A stretch of 64,000 bases of DNA. Origin: Camelus ferus. Its lineage: Eukaryota. Below are positions 52,341 to 64,000 of this stretch, piece by piece; the stretch's first letter is position 1, and each line of letters opens with the position of its first letter. Below the pieces are notes generated by a model. It was not told where the DNA came from and made no database searches. It was given only the letters and a program-made list of their open reading frames with translations. Where the stretch lies: NCBI RefSeq assembly GCF_009834535.1, contig NC_045714.1, positions 15,438,001 to 15,502,000 of the forward strand. The letters are read 5' to 3'. The position numbers and the translations under genes are program-made.

Positions 52341-52899
52341 TGTGCCACTCCCAGCTTGTTGATGGAGTGCCTGGGGCATTTTCTAGGCCTGTATTATTGT
52401 AGTGAGCCTCGTAGACACCCCCACCCCTGCTGCTGGGACTGATGCTGTGGCTGGACCGGAATCTTGTGGTTCTTACTATGACCAGAGGATGCACTGCAGC
52501 AAAACCATGAGGGAACGCTGAGGAACAAGATTCATTACTCACAGTTCCTGCAGGGTAGATGGCACACCCCACGGCCACACAGCAAGGTTGGAAGGGGAGA
52601 GGGAGAACCTGGGGCTCTGCCTTTATCAGGGTCTGAGGCGGGGGGGGTGTCTGGGGCTTCATGCTCATTACTGGCAAGCTTGCAGCATAAGGGCGGGAAT
52701 TAGGATGTAGGCTGGGTCATTCAGGTGCTCAGTTTCCTAGGTCACCCAGGGTTTTCTGAAAGGGGGGCTCCACGCTGGGGGAGCAGTTCCCTGCCTGGTT
52801 GTTTTGCTAGTAGCTGTGTCACATGGCTGGTGATATGTTTATTCACGAGCAGTATCTTCTGACGTGGGTGCCTTGGTAATGAGAGCTTCGTGCCAGGCA
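52341..52899. mobile_element. Probable ERV LTR insert (family not determined) inside the old L1
   Basis: ~560-bp GC-richer block with TG...CA ends interrupting L1 sequence; no clear TSD. Confidence 0.45.
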
Positions 52900-54414
52900 C
52901 TTACACTCTTCGCCCCTTTGTCTTTGAGAGATCTTTTCACTGGGTGTAGAGTTCTAGGTCGACAGGGTTTTCTTCCCCCTTTGAGGATTTTAAATATGTT
53001 GCTTCCCTGTCGTCTTGCTTGTGTTGTTCTCAACAGGAAATCTGCTGTCAGCCTTATTTCTATGCCTTCGTATATAATGCGTCTTTTTCCTCTGGGTATT
53101 TTGTCCTATTTTATTTTTCTCTTTATCGTTGGTTTTGAGAAATTTGACTATGTTGTGCCTTGGTGTAGTTTTCTTTATATTTCTGTGCTTGTGGTTCATT
53201 GAGTTTTATAGTTTTCATCAAATTTGGAAAAATCTCAGACTTTGTTTTGTCAAATTACTCTTTCTGTCCCAAACTGTCTTTCCTTCTTCCGGCGATACTA
53301 ATTACACATGTATTAGGACACTGGGAGTTGTCCACATCTGTCATTGAGACTGTTAACTTTTTATTCTCTTTTCTCTCCATGTTTTATTTGGGTTAGTTCC
53401 TACTGCTGTGTCTTCAGTCTTTTCTTCAGCAGTGTCCAATTTGCTGCTAAAACCATCTGGTGTATTTTTAAACTGAGATATTGTAATTTTCAATTCTGGA
53501 TATTTGAGTCTCTCTTCTCTGCTTAACTGTTTTCAACACTTTATATTCACTTTAACAGCCGTGTCAGTGTCTTTGTCTCCTAACACTGAGATCTACATCA
53601 GCTCTCGGGCCAGTTCCAAGTGCCCGATTTTTCTCCTCAGTGTGAGTTGTCCTTTTCTCCTCCTTTTCTCCTGATAATTTTAGATCAGATGCCAGATTTT
53701 GTGAATTTTACCTTGTTGAGGGTTGGATATTTTGCATTCTTAAAACTATTCTTGAGATTTGTTTTGGGGCACAATTAGAAGGATATAGTTTGATTCTTTC
53801 AAATCTTTTTTTTTAATCTGTTAGGTGGGGTCTGTGCAGTGCCCGGTCTGGGGCTAATTATTCTTCAATACTGAGGCAAGGACTTTCTGTGCAGTCTACC
53901 CAATGTCGCCTGAACCAGGAGGTTTTCCAGTCTGGCTGATGGGGGCCTCACCACTTCCTGCCTTGTGACTGTGAGCAGCATTACCTCTAATCCTTCCAGG
54001 TGATTCTTTCCCTGGACTTGGGTTGTTTCTTCACATACAGGTGCTGATTAGTTCTCTACAGGATACTGGAGTGGTCTCCTGCAGCTCCCAAGCTCCTGTT
54101 CAAGGTAGCTCTCTCCCCACCAGCATTCTGCCCTGTGCCCTGCAGTCTCAGTTTTATCTCCTCAGGTCAGGGCATCTTCCAGGCTCTGCTTGGGCCCCTG
54201 CTCTGCACTGCAGCCTGGAGTGGTGGGGGCGGGGGGGGGGGTGGCAATTGCAGGGCTCAGCCCATCGGTTTTGCATTTCACAGGAGTCACTGAGCTTTGC
54301 TACATAATGTCCAGTGTCCTGAGAACTGTTGCTTCACATATTTTGTCTATTTCTTTGTTGTTTCAGCAAAGAGGGCAAGTCCAACTTCTGTCACTCCATC
54401 TTGGTCAGAGATTC

Positions 54415-54490
54415 TTAGCAGAGTTTCAGTTTGGAATGATGAACAAAATCTGGAGATAGATGTTGGTGATGGTTGTACAACAAGGAGCAT
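54415..54490 (+). mobile_element. L1MB-type 3'UTR fragment running into a gap (N 54491-54628)
   Basis: CAGAGTTTCAGTTTGGAATGATGAACAAAATCTGGAGATAGATGTTGGTGATGGTTGTACAAC. Confidence 0.7.
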
Positions 54491-56539
54491 NNNNNNNNNN
54501 NNNNNNNNNNNNNNNNNNNNNNNNNNNNNNNNNNNNNNNNNNNNNNNNNNNNNNNNNNNNNNNNNNNNNNNNNNNNNNNNNNNNNNNNNNNNNNNNNNNN
54601 NNNNNNNNNNNNNNNNNNNNNNNNNNNNACTTGAACCAAGGGAAGTCTTAGTACAGCTCTAGGACAATGACAACAGAGCCCTAAATGTGGCTCCAACCAC
54701 ACGAATACTGGATACATTCCTGCCTCTGGCTCTGCACGCCTGTCCCTGTGCTGGGGACTCTTTTTCCAGATCTGTCAACCATGGGTGGCCCACAAGTCAC
54801 CCAACCGAAGCCCACAGCCTTCAGTAAGGTTCCCCAATACCTGCCAGAGACACCTCACAGCTCCCCATGGTGTGCACCTCACTCCCTGGGACAAGAAATA
54901 ATCCCGGCTCATCCAACTATAGGTGTGTCTGATGGCCTTTGGTGGGACACTGACATCTCTTTTACAGACAGGGAAGCTTTGACCGGACTGGCTCCTGTCA
55001 GGAAGCAGGATTAACTCAGTGAATGATATCTGTGGGGACAGGGCAGAGGGCTGCTCTGCTGTACTGACAAGGAGCAGGGCTCACTGCTGTTGACTGGGAG
55101 AGGGCACGTTGGTGGCACAGGGACCTGGCTTTGGTCTGTGCTTTGACACAGTTATGACGTGGCCCTGTTTTGTCTCCCTTTATCGCTGTGGAGCTCCCCT
55201 GCAAGATGCCCATGTCCAGCAGGAGAGCCACAGGGCCTTGTTGCGAGAGCCAGGCCAACTCCCATTGTCGGGGCTGTTCTTTTCCTCGGGGGGCACGCTA
55301 GTATCTACTTCCCAGAAATAACCTGTGTAAAGTGCTTAGGCATGACACTCTAGGGAGATGAATACCGATGGTATGTTATCTATTATGTATACTAGGCATA
55401 TATGAGGAAGACCACTCAGCAGAGCCTGGGAAGGGGTGGTGGGATGGGAGGCAGGAGCCCTTTGAAGAGGCTATAGCATGGCCCAGTAGAGATGATGGAA
55501 GAAGGCTAAGGGGGGGAGGGTGTGTATGAGGGGTATCCCCTCCCAGCAGGGAGAGGGTCAAGGATGGCTCCAGGGCCTCTGCAATTTGAAACTGTCACAG
55601 GAAACCACAGGCACCCAGGTAGGAAGGACTCTGAGAGCCAGTGGGAAGGTCATGAGGTTGGTGGCAACCAAAGGGCCATTGATCAGGGCTGTGGACCACC
55701 AAAGGAGAAGCAAGCCTTCCCCAGAACCAGGGAAAGTGGTGAAAACCACGCCCCCAGGTGGAGCTCAAGTCAGGGGAGGAATGTGGGTGCAGGAGGGACC
55801 CAAGTCTTCTTCTCCAGGGCAGCAATGCTTGGGGTGCCCTATAAGACTGTGTTTGAGGAAAGGGTTCTGCTGCTGAAAACTCACTTGGAAAACCTGTGTG
55901 AGGTTTGGTCTGAAGCAGAAGGAAGACGGGCAGATTCCAGAGTTTACTGGGCAGGCTGGCTACAAAGGGATGGTGGCACCAGTTGGCAGAAGATTGGAGG
56001 CCCCAGGGCAGCTGTGGGTGGTTGGGGAGGTAACACTGAGGATCTGCCGGTGGGCCAGAACGCAGAGGCAGGTCCCTTGAAGGTCACTGGACTGATGTCC
56101 AGACCACTCTCACAGGAAGGGCTGATCAGACAGCCTGTGTGGGGGCCACCTGCCTGGCCAAGAACATCTCCAAGCCAGCTGCTGTGGAGCACAGCTTCCT
56201 GCTCTGAGATCAGGTCCACCTGCGACCCTCACCCACTCTCGCACCACACGCAGGGTGGGAGGCAGCAGCCCGCTAAAGCCCAGTAGGGTGAGCGGGCAGG
56301 CCTGGGCCTGCGTGGACCCCTCGCAGGTGTGGGGACGGCCTGGGGTTCCCACCCACTTCTGCTCTCTGTGGCCTGTAGCCATTGGACCCTCTCTTGACAC
56401 CGCTGGATCTTTCTCATCCTGCAGATCTTCGCTCGAATGGCCCTTCGGTGTCACAGAAACCACAACAGCCACCGCCACTGGGTTACTGTCCGTCACCTCT
56501 GTTTTCCTTTCTTCCTCAATTGTTGGCCCCCTCGTGGAA

Positions 56540-56960
56540 TGTTACTTCCACGGGAGCGAGCCCGGCTTGCTCTGCTCGCAGCTAGGTCCTGGCTCGCGGT
56601 GGGGCGGGAAGTGACAACGCTCACCTTCGACCTCCGCATCCCTGTCAAGCGCAGGGTCGGCCGCGACGTCGGGGTGGGGCCCACCGCGGCGCCATCGCCC
56701 CTTTAAGGCTGGGTCGGGGCGCACGCGCAGTTGGGCCGTAGCGCGCGCAGGCGCAGTGGGACGGCGGATATTTACGGCGGCGGAGGTCGAGCTTGCGTAG
56801 CGTTTCGGCGGACGGACGAGGGGCGCTTGAGGAGCTGCAGGCGCGGCCAGCAGCCAGGTCCCGCTCTCGCGGGCTGGCCGAGCGAGGAGGTAGAGTCACG
56901 GTCGCCGCCGCCCTTGGCCGGGGGCGGTGTGTCCTCTCGGCCCCTCCCCACCCCGCCTCC
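56540..56960. promoter_or_regulatory. PCMTD2: CpG island promoter of PCMTD2 with two NRF1-type motifs (56718-56729, 56744-56755), a GC box/ETS-like site (~56601-56612) and a TCTCGCG motif (56865)
   Basis: Dense CpG against a CpG-poor background; TATA-less housekeeping architecture; ~4.4 kb upstream of the PCMTD2 ATG. Confidence 0.85.
56760..56889 (+). other. PCMTD2: Probable non-coding first exon of PCMTD2 (TSS approximate)
   Basis: Donor GAG|GTAGAG at 56889/56890 just downstream of the NRF1 motifs. Confidence 0.5.
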
Positions 56961-57115
56961 TCTCCATTCCCTCTCCCCTCTCCTGGCCTCCTCTCTCCCC
57001 CGTCCTCTCCCCCTCCCTCCCCCCTTCTCTACCCCTCTCCCCCCACCTTCCCTTCCCCTCCCCTCCGCCTCCTTTTTCCTCCCCCTGCTCTCTTCTCTCC
57101 TTCCACATTCCCCCG
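56941..57115. repeat. C/T-rich low-complexity pyrimidine tract
   Basis: Nearly all C/T on the + strand for ~175 nt. Confidence 0.85.
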
Positions 57116-58339
57116 CTGGCTTGGTGCCTGTGTTTTGTTGCTGTTTGCGAGGGCACAGGCCTCTTGAGTTGATGTTTGCACCTCAAAAAGGTCATCTCTT
57201 CCCCCCCCCCCCTTTGCTCAAGGAGCTGCTGAAGTAAATAGCCCTGCTACTGGCGTGGAGTAGACTGAAGGGTGCCTATAAACATCTCAGAGCTTATGGC
57301 TCTGCCTGGGGGAAAGAGCACCATACACTCGGGTGAGGGGGGACCTTGGAGGTGGTGGGGTTCAGCGCCTGGGCCCTCCCCCTGCTTGTGCTTGGCCTGG
57401 GGAATCCTCCTGAGAACGTTTTGGTCTTCGCAGTTTTGGTTGTTAGAAAGCTTTTCTGTGTGTTCAGTAGAAATTCTCTCTCTTTAACGTGTGTTCCTCT
57501 GGTCTGGCTTTGTCAGGCCAGTGAACAGTGCATACGCTGGCAGCCTTTCAAGTATTTGAAAAAAATCCCTTTGCATTTCCTTGTAAGAGTTCTGGTTTTC
57601 AAGATGAAAAATACCTCAGTTTCTTCCATTGTTCCTCAGGCAGGAGGTGTGGTTTTAGTTCCCAGCTCATCTTCTACATGAATTGCTTTGTTCACATTGC
57701 CCTGATTTTGATAAGCAACATTCAGGTGGGAACGTGGCCCTCCACGTGTACTCTGACAAACCCAGCGTGGGCTTGACTCCTGACCCCTGTTGTTAGGGCT
57801 TCGTGCTGTGTTAACCTCACCACAGTCACGGACTTCTCAGTCATCAGTCCTGAGCCCGCTGCTGCTCTCCTTCTTCCTCACTGTGCCCTTGCAGTTGTTT
57901 TTGGAAGGAGCAGTAAGCGTCTGGTTGTCCTGTTGGGCTGTGGCCATTTACTGCAGGGTAATGAAGTATGTGAAGGATTGCAAAGTATAATCAAGCACAG
58001 CATCCAAAAAATGATGTGCCATTACTTTGGAAAAGTGGACGTGAGTGGGTTGTGGACCCACATTTGGTTTGGCAAGGGTACCTTTGCACCTTTGTCAGTT
58101 TTTTTTTTGGTGGCAGGACATTGATGGTCAGTTGTGAGGGCGAGTGTTAGGTTACCAGGCAAAGTTAATAATAACATCAGATCTGCAGATGGTCATGTGC
58201 ACCCTACCAGTGGCAACACATAGGGTTACCACATAGTTATTTTGTCTCATTTTGGACAGAGATTACCAGCATATTCTATGTTAAAGAATTTTGCTCCCTT
58301 GAGAATTTTTAAGGCTGTATTTGGTGTGACCTTTGGCTG

Positions 58340-58490
58340 GACAGTCCTGGGTTTCGGTGCCAGCCCTCTTCTTGCACACTGGTGTGTGATCATGAGCAAA
58401 ATAACTTCTTAGTCCCATTTTGCCTCATAATGTGAAGCCAAAATGAGGTCGTGACTGGAGGTGGTGCCTGTAAAAAGGTCGTAGCAATTT
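58340..58490 (+). mobile_element. Degraded MIR-like fragment
   Basis: CTGGGTTTCGGTGCCAGC...GTGTGATCATGAGCAAAATAACTT resembles the MIR core. Confidence 0.4.
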
Positions 58491-58512
58491 TTACAAAAAG
58501 CTAGCCTTTGCA

Positions 58513-59350
58513 GAATGGCCATCATNNNNNNNNNNNNNNNNNNNNNNNNNNNNNNNNNNNNNNNNNNNNNNNNNNNNNNNNNNNNNNNNNNNNNNNNNNN
58601 NNNNNNNNNNNNNNNNNNNNNNNNNNNNNNNNNNNNNNNNNNNNNNNNNNNNNNNNNNNNNNNNNNNNNNNNNNNNNNNNNNNNNNNNNNNNNNNNNNNN
58701 NCAGAAGGAACTCTACNNNNNNNNNNNNNNNNNNNNNNNNNNNNNNNNNNNNNNNNNNNNNNNNNNNNNNNNNNNNNNNNNNNNNNNNNNNNNNNNNNNN
58801 NNNNNNNNNNNNNNNNNNNNNNNNNNNNNNNNNNNNNNNNNNNNNNNNNNNNNNNNNNNNNNNNNNNNNNNNNNNNNNNNNNNNNNNNNNNNNNNNNNNN
58901 NNNNNNNNNNNNCATTCTAAGTGAAGTAAGCCAGAAAGAGAAAGAAAAATACCATATGAGATCGCTCATACGTGGAATCTAAAAAAAAAAAAAGAACAAA
59001 AAGAACATAAATACAAAACAGAAACAGACTCATTGACATAGAATACAAACTTGTGGTTGCCAAGGTGTAGGAGGGTGGGAAGGGACAGACTGGGAGTTCA
59101 AAATTCGTAGGTACTGACAGGCATATGCAGAATAGATAAACAAGATTATACTGTATAGCACAGGGAAATATATAGAAGGTCTTGTGGTAGCTCACAGCGA
59201 AAAAAATGTGACAATGAATGTATGTATATTCATGTATAACTGAAAAATTGTGCTCTACACTGGAATTTGACACAACGTTGTAAAATGACTATAACTCAAT
59301 AAGAAAATGTTTTAAAAAAATAAATGGTGCTGCTATGAAAAAAAAAAAAA
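58513..59350 (+). mobile_element. Young 5'-truncated lineage-specific L1 (ORF2 C-terminus, 3'UTR, poly(A)), partly in N-gaps
   Basis: Starts GAATGGCCATCAT (ORF2 RMAII motif); ILSEVSQKEKEKYHMRSLIRGI* ORF2 end; TSD AAAAAGCTAGCCTTTGCA at 58495-58512 and 59346-59363. Confidence 0.92.
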
Positions 59351-61207
59351 GCTAGCCTTTGCATGTGGAATACACTTTCAAAGTGAGGCAAAGTTGAAAC
59401 TACGGATTCAACACTTCGTAGAAAATGGAACATGCCCAACTGGCATTTGGTTTGTTTTGAGGTAGAGCTGGCTTTCAGAGCCGCTGTGTGGCATATGTGG
59501 TCACCAGATCTTTTCCTCAGTAGACCCTTGAGTGGCCAAACATGACTCTACTTCTAACTAGTGACCCAAATTTTGAGATTACTGTCCTAGGCTAGGGGTG
59601 TAGACTTTAGCCTCAGGACTAAGTTGGCTTATCCAGGATTAGACTTGACCTCATTAGCACTTTATCCCATCTAAGTTAACTGGCCATGAACTGCAACATA
59701 GCAAGGGCTCTGAAACAGCTTAAAGTGGGGATGACAGTCTAACAATTGGACTGTCCTGGTGATTTGTCTAATACTCACCTTTAAAATCTTGATGATGAGG
59801 ATGAACTGTTCTAGCCATACAGTGGAAGAACATTAAGCCCCACCGTTCACACATTTTGTGTTCTTCTTGTGTGAAGATGAAGATTCATCCTTCTCATTAC
59901 TTTCATTCCTGGGAACACCTCTCCCACCACAATTGCCAGTTTTGTGCTTGGGGTGTGTGTATGGAATCTCTAACCTCAGTATTTCTTTATGATTCTTGTT
60001 CCGCTGGTAGAATTCCCAGGATTGTGAGGGGGAAAACAGGTGTAAACGTTAATAATGAAAGTACAGTGTTATGGACATTGTCCTGACTCAGAAAAACAGT
60101 CAGCTTATGTGATGTCTGGTGTTTTCCTTCATCCCCCAACAATTTATATCAAATGTTTTGTAAAACATTACCATTTTATGTGAAGTAAAGGTTACGTGGG
60201 GTAAGTATAAACTTGGAAAATATATTTTTATAGTTTAGGAAGAGTAAAACCTCTACAGATGAAGGGGCATTTTCCTTGATGAATTAGATGAATGTTCCTT
60301 GTATGTTAGTAGTCGGCTCAAAGGGGAACACATGCTGTTAGTTTTTCTTCTTGAAGGCAATTGGGAAGAAGGTAAGAAATGCACGTTTTATTGTTAAAGA
60401 GCTGGGAGGTTGGACAGCAGGCCCTTCAGAGGGATTTCGGCTGTTGTGGTAGTGGCTTCTCCTGCTCCTAAGCTGTAGCCTGGAAACACATGTTGTACTT
60501 GTTACAATAAGGAGTTTGTCGCAGTCTGTTCCATCGGGGAAGAGACTTGTATGGATGTTGTTTTTGCTTGAAATTTGTATGTCAGGATGTCCAAGTCAAA
60601 GACTGCATGGATTGTCTGACTTGATACTGATGTGGATGTGGATGTGAAGTTGCCAGATAAAACAGAGGACAACAGTTAAATTTGAATTTCAAACGAACAA
60701 TGAATAACTTTTTAGTATTTGTTATTTACCCGAATTAAAATTTTTTTTTTGCTTTTAAAGATTTATTTCCAAGAAAAAGATCAACAGCGCTTGAAATAGT
60801 CAAAGAAGTTAATATTAGCATGAATTTTTATAGACATACTTACTGTCTCTTCATGTTTGCATTCAATGATTTTGCCATACGTGGTTATATCCCTGTTAAG
60901 ATGGGTCAGCATTCAAGATGATTTTGATCCTGAATACTTGAACTTTCTAAAATGGTGACTTTCAAAAGTGAAGTATTGAATTCATTAATGATGTCTTTAA
61001 GTTTTAGGTATCTCAAGTTCACTTGTATTCAGTTGATATTATAAAGTACAAACTTATTTCTGGATGGACATGGTTGAGTTTCAAATTTTTTTTTTTTTGA
61101 GTTTTTTTTTTTTCCTGTTTTGAAACTGGCATCCTTGGGAGTGGAGAAGAGTCGAGTGGGTTTTGACCAAATATATTCCATCTGTATTTTCAGAGTTCGG
61201 AGTCTGA

Positions 61208-61888
<681 letters not shown>

Positions 61889-64000
61889 TAAACAGGGAAT
61901 CATCAACTTTGAAGTCCCCTGGGAGCTAAAGTTCTTTCAAGCAGTTTTTGTTTGTTTTGTTGTTTTAATACTAAAAGAGTTATTACCTGTAAGTTGCTTA
62001 TTTTTAAATGAATTCCAGGAATGGGAAGGGTTTCATGAATTCTCTTATTTGAAGCCACTTAGCCTAGTCTCACAAACAAGTAAGTTGTGAGACTGTACAT
62101 GGGAACTGGCCGTTTTTAATAGTGAAACACATGATCAGACAACAGGATTTACTGAATTCCAGCATTGCGCAAAATGTGATAGCGGGGGAAGGCGTCTGTT
62201 TTCCCTCTGAGCAAGGTGGAATGTTTCGTGAGTGGAGGGATAGGAGCTGATCTGTGCTTTCCAAGGTAGCTCTGAGGAGGAGGTGGGCTGGAGCTGCTGC
62301 TGCAGCGGTTTCGGGTGGAAGGGGCAGAGGCCGGACCCTGGGTGCTGGGTGCTGGGGGTTTGCATCCTTTTGGATGTTGGAGCAGATAGGGTGTGTGAAA
62401 TAGCAAAGTTTTTGGCTTAAATATCTTAATGTTATTATCAAGTCATTGTAAGATTCTGAATATTGGAGATTTAAAGTAACAACTTAAAAGTTATATGTAA
62501 TCATTGGCAGGTACATCAGGACTTTGTTTCTTTGTAGCTGTTACAGCTGCTTTAGAAAATCTTAGCAGTAACAGTTGCTTTTTGTGGATATGGAATGAAA
62601 TCTTTTGTTTTTAAGTTCATATACTTTGGAACTTGGTGAAGTTTTGAGATTTTGATCATTTGGTTTTAGGCTAGATTTGCTACCCTCAGATTATTAAATG
62701 TGTATCTTTTTTAAGCTAAATGCTTTTTGAACTTAATTTGGATTGAGACTGCTTTGCGAAGAGAGCCATCATTCTAGAATTAGTGCATTATAATTCCGTT
62801 TATGGGAGCTGGGAAGTTGGAGGAGCTATAAGGATAGGTGGTATTTGGGGAAGGGGGAACGGATCATCAAACTGATCGGATCATAAATGCTGTTGAAAGA
62901 ACCAAATGCTTCGGAAAAGATGACTTAAGATAAACCTCCAGTGATGCTGCGCTTGACTTTTCCTGGGAGTTGTAAAGAGACGGCTTGCAACTTGGTGGTG
63001 TTGCTTCTCTTTTCTGAGCCCCTCCTTTCCTGGGAATTTCACTAGGTGTTGGGGGAGGAGCATTTGAAGGAAGGAAAGCTGTGTTTTTAGTGGAAATGGG
63101 CACTACGTACTGCTTTGATGTATTTGAAGGAGGTAACTTGAGAGTCCGCCTTCACAGGTAGACGTCTGGGATCTATAGGGGAGGCTGCATGCACTGGACT
63201 GTTGCTGTGTGTCCTGGGCCCCCGCTGTGGTTTATTTACCTTTCGCACTGCTTCCTGCAGATCACCCCAGGGTGAAAACCTTGTTGGCCTCCCAGTGCCT
63301 GCAAATGTGAGGCCTGAAGTCTTTCTTCTGACGCAGGGGTCCTTGTTCTTTCTGACCCCAGCTGCCTTCTCCCTGGCCTTGAACTTTGTCCTTTTTCTGT
63401 CACACTCGTGTGCTCATTCTGTGGGCTCCTCTCCTTTGCTCAGGACACTTGTTTCTTGGGGTTTTAATGGGCAAGGGGAGGGCATGACCCCTACTTCAGA
63501 GCTAGTGGCGCGTGCGCTAAACCCAAAGTGCGTGTGATTCAGGAGCAGAGTGTGTGCAGGAGCTGGTCTGCCTAGGGGTGGGGTGGGGACCGGCTTCAGT
63601 GCTGTGTCCTTGGTGCCACCATCCTGCCCTCCCCCCCCCCTTCCCCCGAGGCCCTGGACTTCCTCCTCATTTAGTCTCCTTCTCTTGCGGCGGGTTAGGG
63701 GGTGTGTGTTACTGCTCTGTTTAGTGTGAAGCTTCTTTGGGAACGGGGACTGTGTCCTGTATCTGTCGTTAGAACTGTGTCTGACACAGGGTGAGGGGCT
63801 GTTGAAAATATGATGAGTGGGAAATAAAGGCAAATTTTCTCCAACTCCGGCAAGTGACCAAGAGAGCAGTGGGGACTGAAAGTGGAATAGTTTGAATCTG
63901 ATGTTGTAAATAGTGGAAATGTGACTTCTCAAGTAGGGTGTGTTGGATGGGAGAAAGTCCTCGCAGCAGCTTGGTGTGTGACAGGTGTTGAGGGGGCAGG

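Larger units (their letters stand above)
48575..54410 (-). mobile_element. Old L1MC-like LINE-1, antisense and decayed, with 3'UTR, ORF2 3' part, ORF1 and 5' end; interrupted by younger inserts
   Basis: L1MC1/2-type 3'UTR at ~48575-49200; T-rich antisense ORF2 sequence; ORF1-like peptides in minus ORFs 52839-53033 (QARRQGSNIFKILK...RTLHP) and 52990-53199 (TTPRHNIVKFLK). Boundaries approximate. Confidence 0.8.

Noticed and set aside
52839-53199. Minus-strand ORFs with recognisable protein motifs
   Set aside because: Frameshifted L1 ORF1 remnants, not a host gene.
55522-56286. 254-aa ORF upstream of the PCMTD2 promoter
   Set aside because: GTG start, no homology I can recognise, partly resembles decayed L2-like sequence, no promoter or splice support.

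Overview
Mammalian genomic DNA, most likely a camelid. This is inferred from lineage-type L1 3' ends and the absence of Alu, Bov-A/BovB, PRE and CAN SINEs; the region is syntenic with the distal end of human chr20q13.33. It contains nearly all of the neural/endocrine CCHHC zinc-finger gene MYT1 on the + strand: 20 coding exons can be traced with exact GT-AG boundaries from ATG 5485 to TAG 39073, with a poly(A) signal at 40754. One obligatory coding exon is not visible and almost certainly lies in the N-gap at 26515-26710. After a ~16 kb intergenic block with old LTRs and a stack of nested L1 elements come the CpG-island promoter, a probable first exon and the first coding exon of PCMTD2 (+ strand, continuing beyond the window). 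Almost all other ORFs in the track are chance ORFs in GC-rich intronic DNA, antisense shadows of exons, or decayed L1 ORF1/ORF2. I find no convincing new biological system. The best leads are: a spaced (non-canonical) REST/RE1 site; a candidate upstream exon with two strong-Kozak in-frame ATGs that would extend MYT1 N-terminally; a tandem acceptor adding a Ser/Pro-rich insert; a run of phase-symmetric zinc-finger exons; a solo ERV LTR 31 nt from a splice donor; candidate poison and micro-exons; and two lineage-specific L1 insertions with target-site duplications and apparent 3' transductions. Exon numbers follow the human 23-exon model as recalled. All human/mouse comparisons and repeat family names are from memory and need confirming by alignment or RepeatMasker.
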